DNA of 56,766 nt, filler included, from Dugesia japonica (taxonomy: Eukaryota), in NCBI GenBank assembly GCA_001938525.1. It is 5 parts of 5 records of this genome, joined end to end, with 100 filler letters (N's around TTAATTAATTAA, not from the genome) between each part and the next. Parts side by side here need not be neighbours in the genome. Positions count along the whole stretch, not along the records: positions 46,806 to 56,766 come from MQRL01591779.1; 4 more parts are not named here. The stretch is one strand, 5' to 3'. Position numbers and translations under genes: made by a program. The first letter of the stretch is position 1, and every line of letters starts with the position of its first letter. The notes below the pieces were generated by a model that was given only the letters and a program-made list of their open reading frames with translations, made no database searches and had not been told where the DNA came from. Below are positions 52,331-56,766 of this stretch, one piece after another.

Positions 52331-54089
52331 ATAAAATAAAACAATATTTTTATTTCAACAGAACAAAACAATTCAATAGCATATCAGAAATGTTAAATGC
52401 TTTTACATTAAAAACTAATTATAAAATAAATAGAACTTCTTACTATAAATATATACGATACTTAAAAGCATCTATATATTTATTNAAGTCTTTATATTTA
52501 TCACAAAATAATAACGACTTAATTATTTTTATTATGAAAGATGATACAGTAAATAATAATTTTGAACATTTAAAACACTTAATTGATTTCAGTAACGAAG
52601 AGCTTGAATATTTAACAAATCACTTTTACACGATCTTTCGAAATGACTGCAGTCTAACCACAAACTACTATAGTCTAACTGCAGGCATTTTCAACACAAC
52701 AAAAAACCATAAATAGTAACAACACGAAGAAAAACTAACAGATGAAGAAATATTTAATGAATTAGATGAACATTTCGTTCGCATAAAAATTTAGTTTTTA
52801 ATAAATAAATAATTAATTAAAAATGGAAATAAAAACAACGCAATTAAGCTATATTTGCAATGAATTAAATAGAATGATTAATGTTAAAGAAAAGAGAAAT
52901 AAAAATCATTGTATGTTATTTATCTGTTCAATATTTACTTTATTATTATTTTATATTTTAACACTGATCTAACGTTTCAAATAATCTACGTTTTAATCTA
53001 TCGTGATGAACTTTTATTTGATTCTTCTAATTCTTTATATTTAATTATTCTATTTATTTCTTCGGGATCATACTTTTCTAATTGTTGAACTAAAGCTTCA
53101 TTTTCAATATCTAGATTAATAAATGCTCATCCAACTAATATTACAGCTGCTTCATATTGTTTAGATTTAACAAATAATTCAGGAGCTAATGCTCCTTTAT
53201 TTGCATGTGATATTATGAACAAAAGGGCATTTAGACCTGAGTCCTCCCAGCAAGAACTATGTTTCAGGAATGCAAAAAATTTCAAAACAGTTCTAGAAAA
53301 CAACTTAATATTACAGACTGGTTGATTAAAAAGGGATTGTTTGTTATATTTGTACATATATGTATTAATAATAAATGTATTTTATTTGATTTGTACATTT
53401 TCTTTCTTATTTGTTAAATGAAAAATATAACTCACGCTTCACTTAACTCGAGGGAGCAGATCATGGACCTTAGTGACCGCGGGTTAACGGGACTGCACTG
53501 TATTTATTTTGAAATATATATTTGAATAATAAAAGCCTTTACAACCATAAGCGTTTAATGACTGTCGCGTTAATATTTTTATCACCGAGTGTCGGTTTCA
53601 ATAAACCTCAACTATTTTTGTGATTTTAAAAAAAAGGTGAAAAACTAAAATTTATGCGCGTATTTATACTAAATTGGCCATTCGCCCGTTACACACGAAG
53701 TTGAAAGTCGTTAATAAATCGCATAAATCGTTAAATGGAAAAAATAAAAATAGAAAGAATAAAATTTGATACAGATAAAAATAAAATAAAAATTAAAAGA
53801 ATAAAATTTATACAAATGTCTGAATTAGATCATCAAAGCAATAGAATTATGTTTGAATTAAGGAATCTGGAATTGGAGCTTGGCTGATTAAGAAGCACAC
53901 TGTTATGCAATTGTTTTGTATTGATTTTTGCGTGTTTGTGTATTTGTGTGGTTAATATTTCTGTTTCCTGACAAATGTTCCCTCTTAAAAAGAAGATGCT
54001 CCAGCATCTTGAGTTAAAAATAAGGTAAAGTAGGGGCAGGTGATATCATGATGGCCAGCGGGAATACTATTAGTACAAGGTTTGTTATA

Positions 54090-55003
54090 TTAACATAGGT
54101 TAAAGTCTTCTTCAATGTTCAGGAGGTTTGGGTAAGGTGAAGTCGGACAGGAGAAGACTAGTAGTGGTGTTCGATGTTTTCTTGATAATATTTTAGTGGG
54201 TTTTCCTTTTGTTTTTTTACTATACTCTGCTATTTTTGCCAATAACGTTTTCTCGGATTTTTCCTTCCGGATAGTTTTCTTTAGGTGGATGTAAAATAGG
54301 GCTTGTCTACCTATACTACCAAGTGTCAGTCTATGATCGATATCTAATTTAACCTTAACAATTTTGCCGTGTCCATATTCAATTATTTTAGTACTTATTT
54401 CAATGATCTGTCCTGTGATTTTATATGGTAGCTTCATGATAAGTAAATTGTGTAGATCTAATTGTTCTTGGGCGTTTAAAAATAGATTATGATATCTTCC
54501 GGTTTGAAAAATAATCTGGGGAATAGAATATCTCGGTGATGGATAATATTGAATTTTTCTAGCTTTTGACTTTGTTTTTTGTGAAATTCTTGGATGAATT
54601 CGAAACGATCCGGAATCCGGATGCGGGGATTAAATCTTTTAATCTCTGAGTTCAGATGTATGATAATATTATACGTTTTGTTTCTACGATAACTAAGGCT
54701 TTTTATTGTATGTAAGTTGTTATGAATATTGCTGAGAGACATTGTATCTCTTTGAATTGTAACGTTGTTGTATCTTCCAACGAGATCACCAAATTCAGGG
54801 ATATTACTTAGGTAGAAGAGAGGTAAATTGTGGGCTATTCTAATTCTGTTATTATATAGGACTTTAACATTGAGGAGAAAAGTAAAAATTTGACCAATTG
54901 CTGGGGCTTTTTGAGTAATAAAACATTTTGGTGTGAACATATCTATAAAAAAGCAAATGGGACAAGAAGGCATTTCGTTTGTGTAATATATAATTATTTG
55001 CAT
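54090..55003 (-). pseudogene. ~300-aa unknown ORF split by one frameshift near 54480
   Basis: The 175-aa and 115-aa ORFs are joined by an open bridge FLNAQEQLDLHNLLI in the second frame. No family recognised. Confidence 0.45.
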
Positions 55004-56042
55004 TTAATTATTTGCACAAAATTNNNNNNNNNNNNNNNNNNNNNNNNNNNNNNNNNNNNNNNNNNNNNNNNNNNNNNNNNNNNNNNNNNNNNNNNNNNNN
55101 NNNNNNNNNNNNNNNNNNNNNNNNNNNNNNNNNNNNNNNNNNNNNNNNNNNNNNNNNNNNNNNNNNNNNNNNNNNNNNNNNNNNNNNNNNNNNNNNNNNN
55201 NNNNNNNNNNNNNNNNNNNNNNNNNNNNNNNNNNNNNNNNNNNNNNNNNNNNNNNNNNNTTTTAATTGAATTTTTGATAATTAATAATTTATTTTAGTCT
55301 GTTAAGGACTAGTTTTATTTTAATTAAAAATTTTATTTTTACAAGTCTGTTATAGATTGGATTAATTATTTTACAAGTTAATTAAAATATTATTTGAAGG
55401 ATACTGTTCGACATATTTGTTAAGCANNNNNNNNNNNNNNNNNNNNNNNNNNNNNNNNNNNNNNNNNNNNNNNNNNAGTTACATTTAGAATTGAAATTTA
55501 CATTTAGAAATCAATCAGGAAATTTATATCAGTTGAATTTAATTAAATTACTGGAGAAGTAAATTATTATTGTTTTTGCAATTGTTTATTAGTTTCCAGT
55601 TTGATAATGGCTGGGATTTTTTTAAAACAATTAATATTTTAATTGAATTTTTGATAATTAATAATTTATTTTAGTCTGTTAAGGACTAGTTTTATTTTAA
55701 TTAAAAATTTTATTTTTACAAGTCTGTTATAGATTGGATTAATTATTTTACAAGTTAATTAAAATATTATTTGAAGGATACTGTTCGACATATTTGTTAA
55801 GCAGGTATCCTATACTTCTTAAAATAAATTTCAAAATTAGCGAAACCCAAAAATCTCGTTTTCTTGTTTATTGCATAAAGGCAGTGTGCTTCAATTTGTT
55901 AGTGCCATTATTATTATTATTACTCAAAAAATTATAAATAATTTTATAAAATCAAATAAGAATAAAAATAGTTAAATGAACGCAGATTTATTTAATAATT
56001 ATTTTAAACAATAAAATCAGAAAGTGAACAAATATTAATCGT

Positions 56043-56462
56043 CTAGTCTTCATCATCACTATCAAATTCTATTTTGCAAATTTTTATTTCATCGATATGA
56101 AAAATTGGATAAATTAATCCTTGATCACTTTCTTTAAAACCTAATAATTTTATTTTTAATCGAGCATGAACTTCATCAGGTAATTGTCTATTCCGCTTTC
56201 CCTTTTCATTATATATACCTAATTTTTTGACTTTCTTGATGAAAAAAGATTCTGGATCAAATGTTAGCAATCTTGGCTTAGCAATCAATAAATTATTGTT
56301 CAATCTTTCAATATCATCTCCACTAATATCTTTAATTAGGAATTCGAATTTACAATTTTTAATTACAATCATATCATAACATTCAATAGTGATTGCTTTC
56401 TTTAGAAAAACTATTTTATAACCGAAAAATATTTTTGATTCTTGGAATGTATCTTTATTTAT
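56043..56462 (-). CDS. Unknown ~110-140-aa protein, possibly a viral-type OB-fold ssDNA-binding protein
   Basis: Frame open 30 codons upstream of the called Met, back to cactag|. Beta-strand pattern ARLKIKLLG...YPIFHIDEIKI and acidic tail FDSDDED. Function is an inference. Confidence 0.45.
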   Translation of the reverse strand: MNKDTFQESKIFFGYKIVFLKKAITIECYDMIVIKNCKFEFLIKDISGDDIERLNNNLLIAKPRLLTFDPESFFIKKVKKLGIYNEKGKRNRQLPDEVHARLKIKLLGFKESDQGLIYPIFHIDEIKICKIEFDSDDED

Positions 56463-56546
56463 CTAGTGATTTAATATAAATTTTATTATTATTATTTTTA
56501 TTTTTATTATTATTATTATTATTATTACTATTATAATTATTATTAC

Positions 56547-56766
56547 TGTTGGGGTAGAACACAGTCATTAGTAAATATTTATTTAGGAAGGCAAAAGGAA
56601 AGCAACGAAATAGGTGAACGGTCCAGAAGGATAAAAGATTAAGAAACCCAGATAAGAATAGTAACGAGAGAAACATCAGGAATGAAGAAGATATAATTTA
56701 TTAATGTAATCAATAAATTATTATGAAATGAATAAGCAATTAAATATTTAAAGGAATTTAATTGCA
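56547..56766 (+). mobile_element. 5' start of another giant LTR-like unit beside an (ATT)n tract
   Basis: TGTTGGGGTAGAACAC follows the ATT array at 56483-56546; A-rich continuation as after 2894 and 44471. Confidence 0.7.

Overview
Very AT-rich animal draft-genome sequence. A triclad flatworm is my inference (40-45 nt introns, giant LTRs, Polinton debris, intronless DEG/ENaC); the sequence does not prove it. The window is five separate pieces joined by artificial N44-TTAATTAATTAA-N44 spacers: 1-9014, 9115-27564, 27665-38239, 38340-46705 and 46806-56766. Two host genes are supportable: an intact intronless DEG/ENaC channel (16343-17917, minus) and a 4-exon PLEKHF/phafin-type PH-domain gene (28047-28583, plus). 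Most of the rest is mobile DNA: six decayed Ty3/Gypsy copies, Polinton/Maverick (adintovirus-like) remnants (Zn-finger/PLA2/integrase, packaging ATPase, two pPolB fragments), a TIR element filled with a minisatellite, and several pieces of very long LTR-like units with TGTTGGGG...CCCCAACA ends. The most interesting object is a complete 4.6-kb unit (2894-7526, TTAT target duplication). It carries a promoter, a non-coding leader ending in 'A' at a splice donor, and four downstream cassettes that each start at a splice acceptor. Three cassettes begin AG|TG, so their ATG would exist only after splicing to the leader. Promoter spacing, donor position and the first two proteins recur in a divergent copy (38340-40580, minus), and the third protein recurs, again as AG|TG, in another (10242-12948, minus). 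This suggests a conserved, alternatively spliced accessory-gene array inside giant LTRs. All alignments and translations outside the supplied ORF track were done by eye.
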